Of a DNA stretch of 53,617 bases, positions 10,181 through 23,011 are shown piece by piece (positions within the stretch are counted from its first letter, which is position 1; each line of letters starts with the position of its first letter). The notes below the pieces were generated by a model. That model was not told where the DNA came from and ran no database searches. It was given only the letters and a program-made list of their open reading frames with translations. The stretch is from an uncultured Gammaproteobacteria bacterium (GTDB lineage Bacteria; Patescibacteriota; Microgenomatia; Levybacterales; UBA12049), in NCBI GenBank assembly GCA_964523705.1, contig CAZFYA010000002.1:113114-166730 (forward strand), written 5' to 3'. A program made the translations under genes and the position numbers.

Positions 10181-11250
10181 ACCATTTTAATCATCCTTAA
10201 GAGTTCCTCCGGACGAAGAGCATAGCCCCTGGCTGTTTCAAGGCTAATTGCGCCAGAAAGAACTAAGGAAGCTAGGGAAGATTCAAGAGTAATCATGCCA
10301 ACGTCTTGAGAGGTTTGAATAACAGAATCAATAAGGTGTGTTTTTCCCTCTCTGATGTTACTGGCAATGGCTGAATTACTAAGTAAAATTTCAACAGCTG
10401 GAATTCTTCCGCCTTCAATTCTTGGCAAGAGTCTTTGCGAGATAATCCCTTTTAATGTTGAGGCCAGCTGAATTCTAATCTGTGCCTGTTGGTTTGATGG
10501 AAATGAATCAATTATCCTGTCAACTGTTTGTGAAGCAGAATTTGTATGAAGAGTGGAGAATACCAAATGACCAGTTTCTGCAATAGTAATTGCCGAAGCA
10601 ATAGTTTCGGGATCACGCATTTCACCGATTAAAACAACGTCAGGATCTTCTCTTAAGGCTGATCTTAAGGCTTTTGACCAGGCATGACTATCCACTCCCA
10701 TTTCTCTTTGTGAAACAATACTTTTTCCGGGAGGATAAACATATTCAATCGGGTCTTCAATAGTTAAAATATGGGCATTTCTGGTTAAATTAATTTCATT
10801 AATAACAGAGGCAATGGTAGTTGATTTCCCGTGACCTGTTGGTCCGCAAACAAGTATAAAACCCTGTTTAAAAGTAGCAAAAGTGTGCAGTATTCTTGGC
10901 ATTTTTAACTCTTCTATGGTTTTTATGGTTACCGGTAGGAATCTAAAAGCAGCACAAAGCTTTCCTCTTTGATAATAAGCATTTACCCTAAATCTTCCCA
11001 AGCCCCCAATTATTCCACCGCCAAATTCAATTGCCAAGTCCAACTCTTTATTAGCAAGAAGCATTTCTTTTTGTTCGGGAAGAAGTACCTGAAAGATTAA
11101 TTCCTCAACTTGTTCTTTGGTTAGCTTTTCAACATTATTTAATACCTGCAAGTTACCATCAACTCTAATAGTTGGTGAAACACCGGGAAGTAAATGCAAA
11201 TCAGATGCATTATTTTTAACTGTTAATGCCAATAATTCTTTAACATCCAT
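10177..11250 (-). CDS. pilT: Pilus retraction ATPase PilT
   Basis: ASDLHL, GRFRVN, GPTGHGKSTT, TIEDPIE, ALREDPDVVLIGEMRD, AETGHLV. Confidence 0.96.
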   Translation of the reverse strand: MDVKELLALTVKNNASDLHLLPGVSPTIRVDGNLQVLNNVEKLTKEQVEELIFQVLLPEQKEMLLANKELDLAIEFGGGIIGGLGRFRVNAYYQRGKLCAAFRFLPVTIKTIEELKMPRILHTFATFKQGFILVCGPTGHGKSTTIASVINEINLTRNAHILTIEDPIEYVYPPGKSIVSQREMGVDSHAWSKALRSALREDPDVVLIGEMRDPETIASAITIAETGHLVFSTLHTNSASQTVDRIIDSFPSNQQAQIRIQLASTLKGIISQRLLPRIEGGRIPAVEILLSNSAIASNIREGKTHLIDSVIQTSQDVGMITLESSLASLVLSGAISLETARGYALRPEELLRMIKMV

Positions 11251-11251
11251 A

Positions 11252-12976
11252 TTATTCTTGCGCTACTCTTAACACTTCTTCAATTGTAGTTACTCCTTGC
11301 AGCGCTTTAATATAACCATCTTGTTTCATGGTTATCATTCCCTGGTTTACAGCTTCTTTTTCTATTGTACCACTGTCTGCCTTTTCTAAAACAAGACTGG
11401 AAACCTTATCAGTTACCAATAATGTTTCAAATATTCCAACTCTTCCTTGATAACCTGTATTTCCGCAGTTTTCACAGCCTTTGCCTTTGTATAATTTAAC
11501 ATCATTGCTTTGTGGAAAAAGATTACCTAAAACTTTTTTCATCTCCTCAACAATTTGAGGTGGGGGAGAATAAGCTTCTCTGCAGTGAGTGCATGTTCTT
11601 CTAACAATTCTCTGACCTAAAATTCCATTCATGGTTGATGCCAAAAGAAAATTTTCCGCACCTAAATCAAGAAGACGGGGCAAAGCGCCTGATGCACTGG
11701 ATGTATGAAGAGTAGAGAACACCAAATGGCCGGTTAAAGCCGCCTGAATAGCAAGATCTGCTGTTTCACCATCTCGAATTTCTCCGACTAAAATAATGTT
11801 TGGGTCTTGTCTTAAAAAAGATCTTAACCCACTGGCAAAAGTAAGCTTAACAGCAGGATTAATCTGCACCTGATTAATGCCTGGAATCTGATATTCAACC
11901 GGGTCTTCAAGCGTCATAATATTAACTCTGGTTGTATTAAGTCTTGAAAGTACTGAATAAAGAGTTGTTGTTTTACCGGAACCGGTTGGTCCACAAACAA
12001 TAATAATTCCATGAGGTCTTAAAATAGCTGATTCAAGGTTTTTTAAAGTACTTCCGGTTAAACCAAGCTCATTTAAGGTTGGCAATCCTCCTGATTTTCT
12101 AAGAAGCCTCATGACAATTTTTTCCCCAAAAACTGTTGGCAAAACAGAAATACGAAGATCAACTTCTTTTTCATCAACTTTAAAATTAAATCTGCCGTCT
12201 TGTGGCATTCGATGCTCATCTATTTTCATTTCAGATAAAATCTTTATTCTTGAAATTACTGCTTCCTGAACGGTTTTTGGCAGGGATAACCTATCATATA
12301 AAATTCCGTCAATTCTGTACCTTACCCTAACTCTATCTTCCTGTGGTTCAATGTGTACATCAGAAGCTCTACTGTTAACAGCATATTCAAGAATCGTTGA
12401 GACAATTTTAGCAATTGGTGCTTCTTTAATAATTTTACTGATATCCGTACTCTCAACTACCTTAGGTTTAGTGTATTCTTCGGTTTCTTTAATCGCTTCT
12501 CCAACTTCTCCAACAAGCTCTTGCCTGTACTGTTGATTTATAGCTCTTTGAACCTCTAGGGGAGATGCTGCAAATGCTTTTACTTCAAAGCCTGTTTTTT
12601 GTTTTACAAAAGAAATTGCATCCAAATCTACAGGATTTGCCATTGCTAAAGATAATGTTTTTGCCTGATCATCATAAAGAAAGGGGATTATTAAAAATCT
12701 TTCAGCTACTGCTCTTGAAAGAAAAGAAATTGCCTGTGGAGAAAAAGAAATTGTATCAAGGGCAATAAAGGGAATTCCCAAAAGCTTTGCCTTAGCTTCT
12801 GAAAACTTTTCCTCACTAACATATTTTCCGTTTCTTATAATCTCTTCTTCTGATGTACCCTCAGATGCACTTTTTACTTTTATTTCGTCAAGCTGCTCTT
12901 TGGTTAAGAGATGTTCGGAATATAAAATACCGGATAATGTATCAGTTGATTTTGGTACAGAATTTACATCGGGCAT
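11252..12976 (-). CDS. pilB: Pilus assembly ATPase PilB/GspE
   Basis: ASDVHIEP, PQDGRF, GPTGSGKTTT, LRQDPNIILVGEIRD, Zn-binding CxxC...CxxC. Confidence 0.95.
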   Translation of the reverse strand: MPDVNSVPKSTDTLSGILYSEHLLTKEQLDEIKVKSASEGTSEEEIIRNGKYVSEEKFSEAKAKLLGIPFIALDTISFSPQAISFLSRAVAERFLIIPFLYDDQAKTLSLAMANPVDLDAISFVKQKTGFEVKAFAASPLEVQRAINQQYRQELVGEVGEAIKETEEYTKPKVVESTDISKIIKEAPIAKIVSTILEYAVNSRASDVHIEPQEDRVRVRYRIDGILYDRLSLPKTVQEAVISRIKILSEMKIDEHRMPQDGRFNFKVDEKEVDLRISVLPTVFGEKIVMRLLRKSGGLPTLNELGLTGSTLKNLESAILRPHGIIIVCGPTGSGKTTTLYSVLSRLNTTRVNIMTLEDPVEYQIPGINQVQINPAVKLTFASGLRSFLRQDPNIILVGEIRDGETADLAIQAALTGHLVFSTLHTSSASGALPRLLDLGAENFLLASTMNGILGQRIVRRTCTHCREAYSPPPQIVEEMKKVLGNLFPQSNDVKLYKGKGCENCGNTGYQGRVGIFETLLVTDKVSSLVLEKADSGTIEKEAVNQGMITMKQDGYIKALQGVTTIEEVLRVAQE

Positions 12977-12983
12977 TGCTTTA

Positions 12984-13013
12984 ATAGTAAGAGAAAATCG
13001 GCTATAATGTCAA
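12984..13013 (-). promoter_or_regulatory. Leaderless sigma70 promoter of the pil operon
   Basis: Minus strand TTGACA-18bp-TACTAT, 7 nt before ATG 12976. Confidence 0.6.
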
Positions 13014-13669
13014 GGAAAGAAAAACCTATGCACTCGTTTTTATTTATTTCAAAAAATCAAAAAAAAGCATTAGATAAAGCTCTAGATTTTTTAAACAAAA
13101 AAAGCATTTCAAAATTTGACATTACTATAGTTGAGGAAGAAAAACAAATAGGAATAGGTGATATTAAAAAAATAAAACAGACTGCTTATCTTAAACCTGT
13201 TAAGGGAGAAGAAAAAGCAATAATAATTTCAGCTATTCAAGGATTAACCATTGAAGCACAAAATTCTTTACTTAAGCTTCTTGAGGAACCACCAGCCAAT
13301 ACTATTATTATACTACTTATAGAAACTATAGATTCTGTTCTTGAAACAATTCAATCTCGTTGTAAAATAATTAAAATAGACGACAAACAAAAAGAGGAAA
13401 CAGATAAAAAATATTTAAAGCTTTTAAATTCTTTGGAAAAGGGAAAAATAGGAGAAAGATTAAAAATTGCCCAAGACTTAGCAAAAAATAAAGAAGATGC
13501 TTTAAAAACAATTGAAAAAATGATTTTAATAACAAGAGATGAGCTTTTAGAAAATAAAAATAACAATTTAATTGAGAAAATTAATAAACTACAAAAGACA
13601 TACACTATTATTAAAAGCACTAATATTAATTTAAGACTTGCTTTGGAAAATTTATTTCTTAACTTTTAA
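13007..13669 (+). CDS. holB: DNA polymerase III delta' subunit, reduced form (start may be ATG 13028)
   Basis: IGIGDIK, EAQNSLLKLLEEPP, TIQSRC. Confidence 0.8.
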   Translation: MSRKEKPMHSFLFISKNQKKALDKALDFLNKKSISKFDITIVEEEKQIGIGDIKKIKQTAYLKPVKGEEKAIIISAIQGLTIEAQNSLLKLLEEPPANTIIILLIETIDSVLETIQSRCKIIKIDDKQKEETDKKYLKLLNSLEKGKIGERLKIAQDLAKNKEDALKTIEKMILITRDELLENKNNNLIEKINKLQKTYTIIKSTNINLRLALENLFLNF

Positions 13670-13740
13670 ATCTTTTAGAGATTATTTTTAGGTCTTTTAG
13701 GTTAATATAATTTTTGTTTAGAATATAATAAAAGGACTAG

Positions 13741-15747
<2,007 letters not shown>

Positions 15748-15751
15748 CTGA

Positions 15752-15780
15752 TTGAAAATTGAAATTATTTTTTTTATAAT
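15752..15780 (+). promoter_or_regulatory. sigma70 promoter of hppA
   Basis: TTGAAA-17bp-TATAAT immediately after the gyrB stop. Confidence 0.7.
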
Positions 15781-15792
15781 GTTTAAGTTTAT

Positions 15793-17820
15793 ATGAGTTT
15801 ATCTTTAATTTTAGACCACAAATTAATTTTTGCCATGTTGGCAAGTATTATCTCTATTGTCTACGGGCTTTATCTTACTTTTGATGTCTTAAAAAAACCA
15901 AAGGGTGAGAAGAAAATGAACGATATTTCAGATGCAATTGCCGAGGGAGCAGGAGCATATATGAAACGGCAATACTCTGTTGTTGGAATAATCGGAATTG
16001 TTATTGCAATAATCTTATATTTTGCTTTTGACTGGATAACTTCACTTGGATTTATCATTGGAGCAGTATTTAGTGGGATTGCTGGTGTTATAGGCATGAA
16101 TGTAGCGGTCAGAAGTAACATCAGAACCGCCCAAGCTGCTAAAAAAGGACTGGCAGCCGCCTTTTCTTTAGCCTTTAAAGGAGGAGCTGTAACCGGACTT
16201 TTGGTTGCCGGTTTTGCACTTCTTTCAGTTTCAGGATTTTATTCTCTTTTAGAAAGAGTTGCTAACGGCAGCTTACAACCATTAATTGCGCTTGGTTTTG
16301 GTGGATCATTAATTTCAGTCTTTGCAAGACTTGGTGGTGGAATATTTACAAAGTCTGCTGATGTTGGAACTGACATGGTTGGTAAAATCGAAAAAGGAAT
16401 TCCAGAAGATGACCCAAGAAATGCAGGTGTTATTGCCGATTTAGTAGGGGATAATGTAGGTGATGATGCCGGAATGGCAGCTGATCTTTTTGAAACCTAT
16501 GTCATAACAGCTGTTGCTGCAATGATTTTAGGTAATTTAACTTTTCCAAATAATCCATCTGTAATTTTTTACCCAATGATAATTGGAGCAATATCAATTA
16601 TTGCCAGTATTATTGGAACATGGTTTGTCAAACTTAAGGGAAAAGGAGTAATGAAAGCTCTATACCTTGGTCTTTCTGTCTCAATAATAGTATCCATTAT
16701 TGGTTTTTACTTTTTAACAACAGCTGTTTTTCCAAACGGTTTAAATGGAATTTCAGCTTTAAATCTTTTTTATACTTCAATAATCGGGCTTATCGTTACA
16801 ATCGGCATGGTTGTAATTACTGAATACTTTACCTCCAAAACCTTTTCTCCTGTTAAAACAATTGCTAATGCCTCAACAACCGGACATGGAACAAATATTA
16901 TTGCAGGGCTTGCGGTTTCAATGAAATCAACTATGGCACCAATTCTTTTAATTTCAGCCGGAATATATTTTTCATACTTTTTTGCCGGTCTTTATGGAGT
17001 TGCAATTGCGGCAATGAGCATGCTTTCTCTTGCCGGAATAATTGTTGCTATTGATGCTTTTGGACCAATTACTGATAATGCCGGTGGAATTGCTGAAATG
17101 GCAGGACTAGATCAGAAAGTAAGAAACGTAACAGACCCGTTAGATGCTGTTGGAAATACTACCAAGGCGGTTACCAAAGCTTATGCAATCGGCTCAGCAG
17201 GACTTGCAGCTTTAGTTCTTTTTGCAAGCTATATTCAAGAATTTGCTGCCAAAGGATTAGACATTAGCTCATTTGTTTTATCAGATCATGGCGTAATCAT
17301 CGGACTATTTATCGGTGGCGCCCTGCCTTACTTTTTCGCTGCTTTAGCAATGGAGGCAGTTGGAAAAGCCAGTGTCTCAATTGTTAATGAAGTTAGAAGA
17401 CAATTTAAAGAAATTAAAGGAATTATGAAGGGGACTGCAAAACCGGAATACGGAAAAGCAGTTGACATTGTAACTACTGCTGCCATTAAGCAAATGATTC
17501 TTCCGACCTTAATAACGGTTCTTGCACCAATTCTTGTTGGTTTTATTTTAGGACCAAAAGCCCTGGGTGGCCTTTTAATCGGAAGTATTATTACGGGATT
17601 ATTTGTTGCAATTTCAATGACCACCGGAGGAGCTGCTTGGGACAATACAAAAAAATATATTGAAGAAGGAAATTTTGGCGGCAAAGGAAGCTTTGCTCAC
17701 CAATCAGCGGTTACCGGCGACACGGTAGGAGATCCATATAAAGATACCGCAGGACCTGCAATCAATCCAATGATTAAGGTTCTAAATATTGTCGCTTTGC
17801 TAATTGCTCCTTTCCTTTAA
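15793..17820 (+). CDS. hppA: Membrane-bound pyrophosphatase (predicted K+-independent H+-PPase)
   Basis: [36 protein letters not shown] (Lys marks the K+-independent type), [11 protein letters not shown]; many TM helices. Confidence 0.95.
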   Translation: MSLSLILDHKLIFAMLASIISIVYGLYLTFDVLKKPKGEKKMNDISDAIAEGAGAYMKRQYSVVGIIGIVIAIILYFAFDWITSLGFIIGAVFSGIAGVIGMNVAVRSNIRTAQAAKKGLAAAFSLAFKGGAVTGLLVAGFALLSVSGFYSLLERVANGSLQPLIALGFGGSLISVFARLGGGIFTKSADVGTDMVGKIEKGIPEDDPRNAGVIADLVGDNVGDDAGMAADLFETYVITAVAAMILGNLTFPNNPSVIFYPMIIGAISIIASIIGTWFVKLKGKGVMKALYLGLSVSIIVSIIGFYFLTTAVFPNGLNGISALNLFYTSIIGLIVTIGMVVITEYFTSKTFSPVKTIANASTTGHGTNIIAGLAVSMKSTMAPILLISAGIYFSYFFAGLYGVAIAAMSMLSLAGIIVAIDAFGPITDNAGGIAEMAGLDQKVRNVTDPLDAVGNTTKAVTKAYAIGSAGLAALVLFASYIQEFAAKGLDISSFVLSDHGVIIGLFIGGALPYFFAALAMEAVGKASVSIVNEVRRQFKEIKGIMKGTAKPEYGKAVDIVTTAAIKQMILPTLITVLAPILVGFILGPKALGGLLIGSIITGLFVAISMTTGGAAWDNTKKYIEEGNFGGKGSFAHQSAVTGDTVGDPYKDTAGPAINPMIKVLNIVALLIAPFL

Positions 17821-17846
17821 ATTTAAAACCAATTATTAATTTTAAA

Positions 17847-20324
17847 ATGGATATTGGGAAACTACAAAAAACAGAAATAACTAAAGAGGTTAAAAAAGCG
17901 TATCTAGATTACGCAATGTCTGTTATTGTCTCTCGTGCTCTTCCGGATGTTAGAGACGGCTTAAAACCGGTACACAGACGCATCCTTTATGCCATGCATG
18001 AAATGGGACTTACTCATAGCGCAAAGTTTTCAAAATCAGCAAAAATTGTCGGAGAGGTTATGGGAAAATACCATCCTCATGGTGATATTCCAATTTATGA
18101 TGCACTGGTTAGACTGGCACAGGACTTTTCAATCCGTTACCCCTTAATTAACGGCCAGGGAAACTTTGGCTCAATGGACGGAGACCCACCGGCTCATATG
18201 CGCTACACCGAAGCTAAGATGGCTACAATTGCTTCTGAAATGTTAATTGACATTGATAAAGAAACAGTTGATTATATAAATAACTTTGACGCAACTTTAA
18301 AAGAACCTGTCTTTTTACCAAGCTTACTTCCAAATCTTCTTTTAATGGGAAGCGAGGGAATAGCGGTTGGAATGGCTACAAAAATTCCTCCTCATAATTT
18401 AACAGAAGTAGCAGATGCGGTAATTTTTCTAATTGAAAAAACTAAGATAAATAAAACTTCTAAAGAAGAAGAGCTTTTCTCATGGGATGTAACAACTGAT
18501 GAGCTTTTAGAATATATTAAAGGCCCTGATTTTCCAACAGCAGGAGCAATTTATGATATTACTGAAATAAAAAATGTTTATACAACCGGTAGAGGAAGAA
18601 TAATTATCAGAGGGAAAGCAGAAATTGAAGAAATCGGACAGGGAAAATCAGCCATTATTATTACTGAACTTCCATACCAGGTAAATAAAGCCCTACTTGT
18701 TGCAAGAATAGCAGATTTAGCAAAAGAGAAAAAAATTGACGGAATATCTGATTTAAGAGATGAATCTGATAGACACGGAACAAGAATTGTTGTTGAATTA
18801 AAAAGAGACAGCGCTCCAAAAAAAGTTTTAAATAATCTTTTTAAATACACAAATCTTCAAACAATTTTTCCGGCAAACATTGTTGCCTTAGTTGACGGAA
18901 CACCACAAACCCTAAATTTAAAAACAATTCTTGAAGAATATTTAAAACACAGGTTTTCAGTTGTTAAAAGAAGGTCTGAATTTGAACTAAAACAAGCAAA
19001 AGCAAGGCTTCACATACTTGAAGGTTTAAAAATTGCTGTTGAAAACATTGACGCTGTTATAAAAACAATTAAAGAATCAAAAGACCAGGAAACTGCTAAG
19101 AAAAATTTAATGACTAAATTTAAGCTTTCAGAAATTCAAGCAACTGCAATTTTAGACATGCAATTAAGGCGCTTAGCAGCACTTGAGAGGCAAAAAATAG
19201 AAGACGAGTATCAAATGGTTAAGGAAACCATTGCTTATCTTGAAAACTTACTTAAACATCCACTTAAAATATTTGAGGTTGTTAAAAAAGAAATAATAAG
19301 ACTTAAGGAAAAATACGGAGATGACAGAAGAACCAAGGTATACAAAAGTAAGGTTGGAGAGTTTTCAGATGAGGACCTTATTCCAAATGAACCAACAGTA
19401 ATAACCTTAACCCAGACCGGATATGTAAAAAGACAAAGCATGGGAAGTTTTAAGACACAGCAAAGAGGCGGTAAAGGAGTCAGGGGAATGACAACTAAAG
19501 AAGAAGACACAATAGCTTATATCCGCTACGCCCAAACTCATGACAGTTTATTCTTCTTTACTAATAAAGGAAAAGTATATCAACTAAAAGCATATGATAT
19601 TTCAGAATCCAGCAGAACCAGTAAAGGTACAGCAATTGTTAACTTATTAAATATTGAAGGCGGAGAAAAAGTTGAATCATTCTTAAGTTATCGAAAAGAT
19701 GAAAAGAAAAAATATGTCTTTTTAACTACCAAAAATGGCACTGTTAAAAAATCTAGAATTTCCGAATTTGAAAATATCAGAAGAAGCGGAATTTTAGCAA
19801 TCAAACTTGATAAAGGCGATGAACTGGCTTGGAGCAAGCTTACTACTGGTGAAAGTGATATTTTTATTGCAACAAAACTTGGTAAAGCAATTAGATTTTC
19901 TGAGAAAAGTGTTCGACCGATGGGTAGAAACACCATGGGAGTAAGAGGAATTAAACTACTTAATCAAGATAAGGTTATCAGTATGGATGTACTGGAAAAA
20001 AATGCAAACGCAGATCTTTTAACCATAATGGAAAACGGGCTTGGTAAAAAAACCCAGGCAAAACTTTTTAGAGGACAGGGAAGGGGAGGACAAGGAATTA
20101 AAGTAGCAAAAGTAACCAGTAGAACCGGAAATGTCGCTTTTGCCCAGGTCTTATCACCAAATGTTAAAGAGGTAATAATAACTTCTCAAAAAGGTCAAGT
20201 TGTAAAAATTGAAATAAATTCAGTTCCAAGATTATCAAGAGATACACAAGGAGTAATACTTATGAGATTTTCAAATGAGAATGATAAAGTTGCATCCGCT
20301 ACTTGTGTAGAAGATGAAAATTAA
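17847..20324 (+). CDS. gyrA: DNA gyrase subunit A
   Basis: [16 protein letters not shown], catalytic MRYTE, GyrA-box QQRGGKG, C-terminal pinwheel repeats. Confidence 0.97.
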   Translation: MDIGKLQKTEITKEVKKAYLDYAMSVIVSRALPDVRDGLKPVHRRILYAMHEMGLTHSAKFSKSAKIVGEVMGKYHPHGDIPIYDALVRLAQDFSIRYPLINGQGNFGSMDGDPPAHMRYTEAKMATIASEMLIDIDKETVDYINNFDATLKEPVFLPSLLPNLLLMGSEGIAVGMATKIPPHNLTEVADAVIFLIEKTKINKTSKEEELFSWDVTTDELLEYIKGPDFPTAGAIYDITEIKNVYTTGRGRIIIRGKAEIEEIGQGKSAIIITELPYQVNKALLVARIADLAKEKKIDGISDLRDESDRHGTRIVVELKRDSAPKKVLNNLFKYTNLQTIFPANIVALVDGTPQTLNLKTILEEYLKHRFSVVKRRSEFELKQAKARLHILEGLKIAVENIDAVIKTIKESKDQETAKKNLMTKFKLSEIQATAILDMQLRRLAALERQKIEDEYQMVKETIAYLENLLKHPLKIFEVVKKEIIRLKEKYGDDRRTKVYKSKVGEFSDEDLIPNEPTVITLTQTGYVKRQSMGSFKTQQRGGKGVRGMTTKEEDTIAYIRYAQTHDSLFFFTNKGKVYQLKAYDISESSRTSKGTAIVNLLNIEGGEKVESFLSYRKDEKKKYVFLTTKNGTVKKSRISEFENIRRSGILAIKLDKGDELAWSKLTTGESDIFIATKLGKAIRFSEKSVRPMGRNTMGVRGIKLLNQDKVISMDVLEKNANADLLTIMENGLGKKTQAKLFRGQGRGGQGIKVAKVTSRTGNVAFAQVLSPNVKEVIITSQKGQVVKIEINSVPRLSRDTQGVILMRFSNENDKVASATCVEDEN

Positions 20325-21114
20325 CGGAAAAAAAATTGCCCAAGAAATTTTAGACGAATTAAAAAACAATATCGCTAAAAAGAACATAAAACCTCATCTG
20401 GCAATAATTGTTGTTGGCAAAAATCCTCCATCTCTTTCTTATGTTAAACAAAAACAGCTTAAAGCAAAAGAAATTGGAATAAAAACAACATTAATTAGTT
20501 TTAATGAAAGTGTTAATGAAAATAAATTAATTAATGTTATTAAAAAATTAAACAATGACAAAAAGATAAACGGAATAATTGTTCAAAAACCTCTTCCAAA
20601 ACAGATAGATAATCAGGAGATTAATAAAAGTGTTAATCCACAAAAAGATATTGATGGTTTTAATCCAAATTCAAGATTTACTAATCCAATTAGCTTAGCA
20701 GTTTTAAAAATTCTAAAAAATATATATAAAGACTTAAGTGTTTTAAAAAATAAAAAAATAGTAATCTTAGGAAAAGGTGAAACAGGAGGAAAACCAATAA
20801 TTAAAACTTTTTTTAAACTTGGGATAAATCCAGTTGTAATTGACTCAAAAACAAAAAATCCTGAAAAAATTATCAAGCTTTCAGACATTGTTATTTCTGC
20901 TGTTGGAAAAGAAATTATAAAACCGAATATGTTAAAAAAAGGAGTTGTTTTAATCGGAACAGGACAACATATTGAAAAAGATAAAAAATTCTACGGAGAC
21001 TATAACGAAGAAGAAATTAAAAATATTGCTTCCTTTTATACAACAACACCGGGTGGAATAGGACCTATAAACGTAGCAATGATTTTTAAAAACCTTTTAT
21101 TAAAAAATGATTGA
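20314..21114 (+). CDS. folD: Bifunctional methylene-THF dehydrogenase/cyclohydrolase
   Basis: [28 protein letters not shown]. Confidence 0.88.
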   Translation: MKINGKKIAQEILDELKNNIAKKNIKPHLAIIVVGKNPPSLSYVKQKQLKAKEIGIKTTLISFNESVNENKLINVIKKLNNDKKINGIIVQKPLPKQIDNQEINKSVNPQKDIDGFNPNSRFTNPISLAVLKILKNIYKDLSVLKNKKIVILGKGETGGKPIIKTFFKLGINPVVIDSKTKNPEKIIKLSDIVISAVGKEIIKPNMLKKGVVLIGTGQHIEKDKKFYGDYNEEEIKNIASFYTTTPGGIGPINVAMIFKNLLLKND

Positions 21115-21139
21115 CAAGTTTTTTTAATATCCTTACAAT
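21111..21139 (+). promoter_or_regulatory. Leaderless sigma70 promoter of the SIMPL gene
   Basis: TTGACA-17bp-TACAAT, 7 nt before ATG 21147. Confidence 0.75.
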
Positions 21140-21146
21140 AAAATAA

Positions 21147-21902
21147 ATGAAAAAATTTTGGCAAGATTTTAGAAAACCAATTATTTACATAATCCTTATA
21201 TTCTTAGGACTTTTTGTATATGTAAAACTGGCAGGCCCAATTCCTTTTAGTGTAAACAGTATTCAAACTAATAAAAATGATCTTTTTTCAGTAGAGGGAA
21301 CCGGGAAAGCAGTTTCTGCTCCTGATATGGCAACCGTATCAGTTGGAATAACTGAAAAGGGGACAACCGTTGATAAGGTTCAATCACAAATTAATATTGC
21401 CTCAAGAAATATAGTTGATGCAATTAAAAAACTTGGGATTGAAGAAAAATACATTGAAACCACAAGTTATAACGTTTATCCAAGTTATGATAGGAATCAA
21501 AGAATTACGGCCTATTCTGCTACTCAAAATATACAAATAAAAATAAAAGAAATTGAAAAAATCAATGATGTTATTGACACTTCAACTGAAAATGGAGCAA
21601 ACATTGTCGGCAATGTAAACTTTACATTTAGTGATGAATTAAAAGAAAAACTTGAAGAAAAAGCAAGAGAAGAAGCGGTAAAAGAAGCAAAAAATAAAGC
21701 AAAATCCTTAGCCAGAATTTCAGGAATTAAACTTGGTAGATTAATTAATGTCTATGAGAATAACACAGGCTATTTGCCCTTAAGAAGTAGTGCTCCTTTA
21801 GCTGTTGGTGGACTAAAAGAAGATAGCGAAGCACAAACTAATATTACACCGGGAGAAGAAACAATAAGTATTACAATTACTTTAAGCTACGAAACCTACT
21901 AA
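21147..21902 (+). CDS. SIMPL/DUF541 (YggE/BP26-like) protein
   Basis: N-terminal TM; VEGTGKAVSAPDMATV, AREEAVKEAKNKA, ITPGE. Confidence 0.88.
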   Translation: MKKFWQDFRKPIIYIILIFLGLFVYVKLAGPIPFSVNSIQTNKNDLFSVEGTGKAVSAPDMATVSVGITEKGTTVDKVQSQINIASRNIVDAIKKLGIEEKYIETTSYNVYPSYDRNQRITAYSATQNIQIKIKEIEKINDVIDTSTENGANIVGNVNFTFSDELKEKLEEKAREEAVKEAKNKAKSLARISGIKLGRLINVYENNTGYLPLRSSAPLAVGGLKEDSEAQTNITPGEETISITITLSYETY

Positions 21903-21910
21903 GCGCCGCC

Positions 21911-22843
21911 CTACTTATTCCCGCTGTGAAAACTTTTATGGATATTTTTTAATTGAGGGTTTGTAACATGCGTATAGATTTGAGTTGTGGCAATATTTTT
22001 ATGCCCAAGCATTTCCTGAACCGATCTTAAATCCGCTCCATTGGTTAAAAGGTCTGTTGCAAATGAATGTCTTAAGGTATGAACAGTTGGTTCAATTGGA
22101 AGCCTTGCTAACCTTGCATATTTTTTAACAATCCGCTCAATACTTCTAACTGTTAGTCTCATTTTTTCTCCTTGGTTCTCAAATATCTCTTTTCCGGAAT
22201 ATCTTATAAAAAGGGGCTTAAAACTATCTTCTCTTTTATCAAGATAGCGCTTGATCCAATCTGAAGCCCTGTTGGAAATAAAAACAAGCCTTAATTTTCC
22301 ACCTTTTCCAATAACTCCAAATTCTTTTCTATCCAAATTTATCTTATCCCTGTTTAAGTTAACCAGTTCTGAAACACGAAGTCCGGTTGAAAACAAAAGT
22401 TCTAAAATTGCCCTATCTCTTAATCCTTCTATTTTTGAAGTATCAACAGCTGTTACCATTCTGTCAATATGTCCTTTTTCTAAAAACTTTATAGATTTAC
22501 TTTCAGTCTTTGGCAAATCAATTTTTGAAGGCTCAAGCGTTTTATAATCGTTTTTTATTAAAAACCTTAAAAAGGATCTTAATGCTATAACGTAGTAGTT
22601 TTGAGTTACTCTTTGCAATGTTAATCCTTTATCATCAACTCTATTGGATAAAAATACTCTGTATTTTCTAACAATTGCTAAATCAATATCTTTTACCGAT
22701 TTTCCCGGCAGGGTAGAGGTGAACCACTCTGCAAACACTTTTAGGTAGTGTTTATAGTCTCTAATTGTTAGTTTTGAACAATTTTTTTCTATTTCTAAAT
22801 ATTCTAAAAATTGATCAATTAAATCAGGCAGATTACTATTCAT
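21911..22843 (-). CDS. Xer-family tyrosine recombinase (XerC/XerD-like)
   Basis: N-terminal SAM-like domain; STGLRVSEL, GKGGK, HTLRHSFAT, VQEMLGH, TTQIYTH (catalytic residues intact). Confidence 0.95.
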   Translation of the reverse strand: MNSNLPDLIDQFLEYLEIEKNCSKLTIRDYKHYLKVFAEWFTSTLPGKSVKDIDLAIVRKYRVFLSNRVDDKGLTLQRVTQNYYVIALRSFLRFLIKNDYKTLEPSKIDLPKTESKSIKFLEKGHIDRMVTAVDTSKIEGLRDRAILELLFSTGLRVSELVNLNRDKINLDRKEFGVIGKGGKLRLVFISNRASDWIKRYLDKREDSFKPLFIRYSGKEIFENQGEKMRLTVRSIERIVKKYARLARLPIEPTVHTLRHSFATDLLTNGADLRSVQEMLGHKNIATTQIYTHVTNPQLKNIHKSFHSGNK

Positions 22844-22853
22844 ATTATTTACT

Positions 22854-22949
22854 TCCTAAGGTACGCTTTATTTTGCGACGTGTAAATGTCTTAAAATAAA
22901 GCTGATTATGCGACATCAATTATGTTGCATTATCTTTATTATGCGACAT
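22854..22949 (-). repeat. Three tandem dif-like (Xer-binding) 11-6-11 sites
   Basis: Minus strand: ATGTCGCATAA-TAAAGA-TAATGCAACAT (22922-22949); ATGTCGCATAA-TCAGCT-TTATTTTAAGA (22889-22916); ACGTCGCAAAA-TAAAGC-GTACCTTAGGA (22854-22881, degenerate). Confidence 0.7.
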
Positions 22950-22967
22950 AGAAAAGCGTAAAGTCAA
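22938..22967 (-). promoter_or_regulatory. Putative xer promoter with its -10 inside a Xer-binding arm
   Basis: Minus strand TTGACT-18bp-CATAAT. Confidence 0.5.
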
Positions 22968-22975
22968 ATCAAGTA

Positions 22976-23004
22976 TTGACAATTAAGCTTTAAAAAATTA
23001 CTAT
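22976..23004 (+). promoter_or_regulatory. Leaderless promoter of orphan gene 23012
   Basis: TTGACA-17bp-TACTAT, 7 nt before ATG. Confidence 0.7.
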
Positions 23005-23011
23005 ATTATTA

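Noticed and set aside
22854-22949. Mini CRISPR array
   Set aside because: The repeated unit is only about 11 bp at a 33-35 bp period, there are no cas genes, and it fits Xer-site geometry better.
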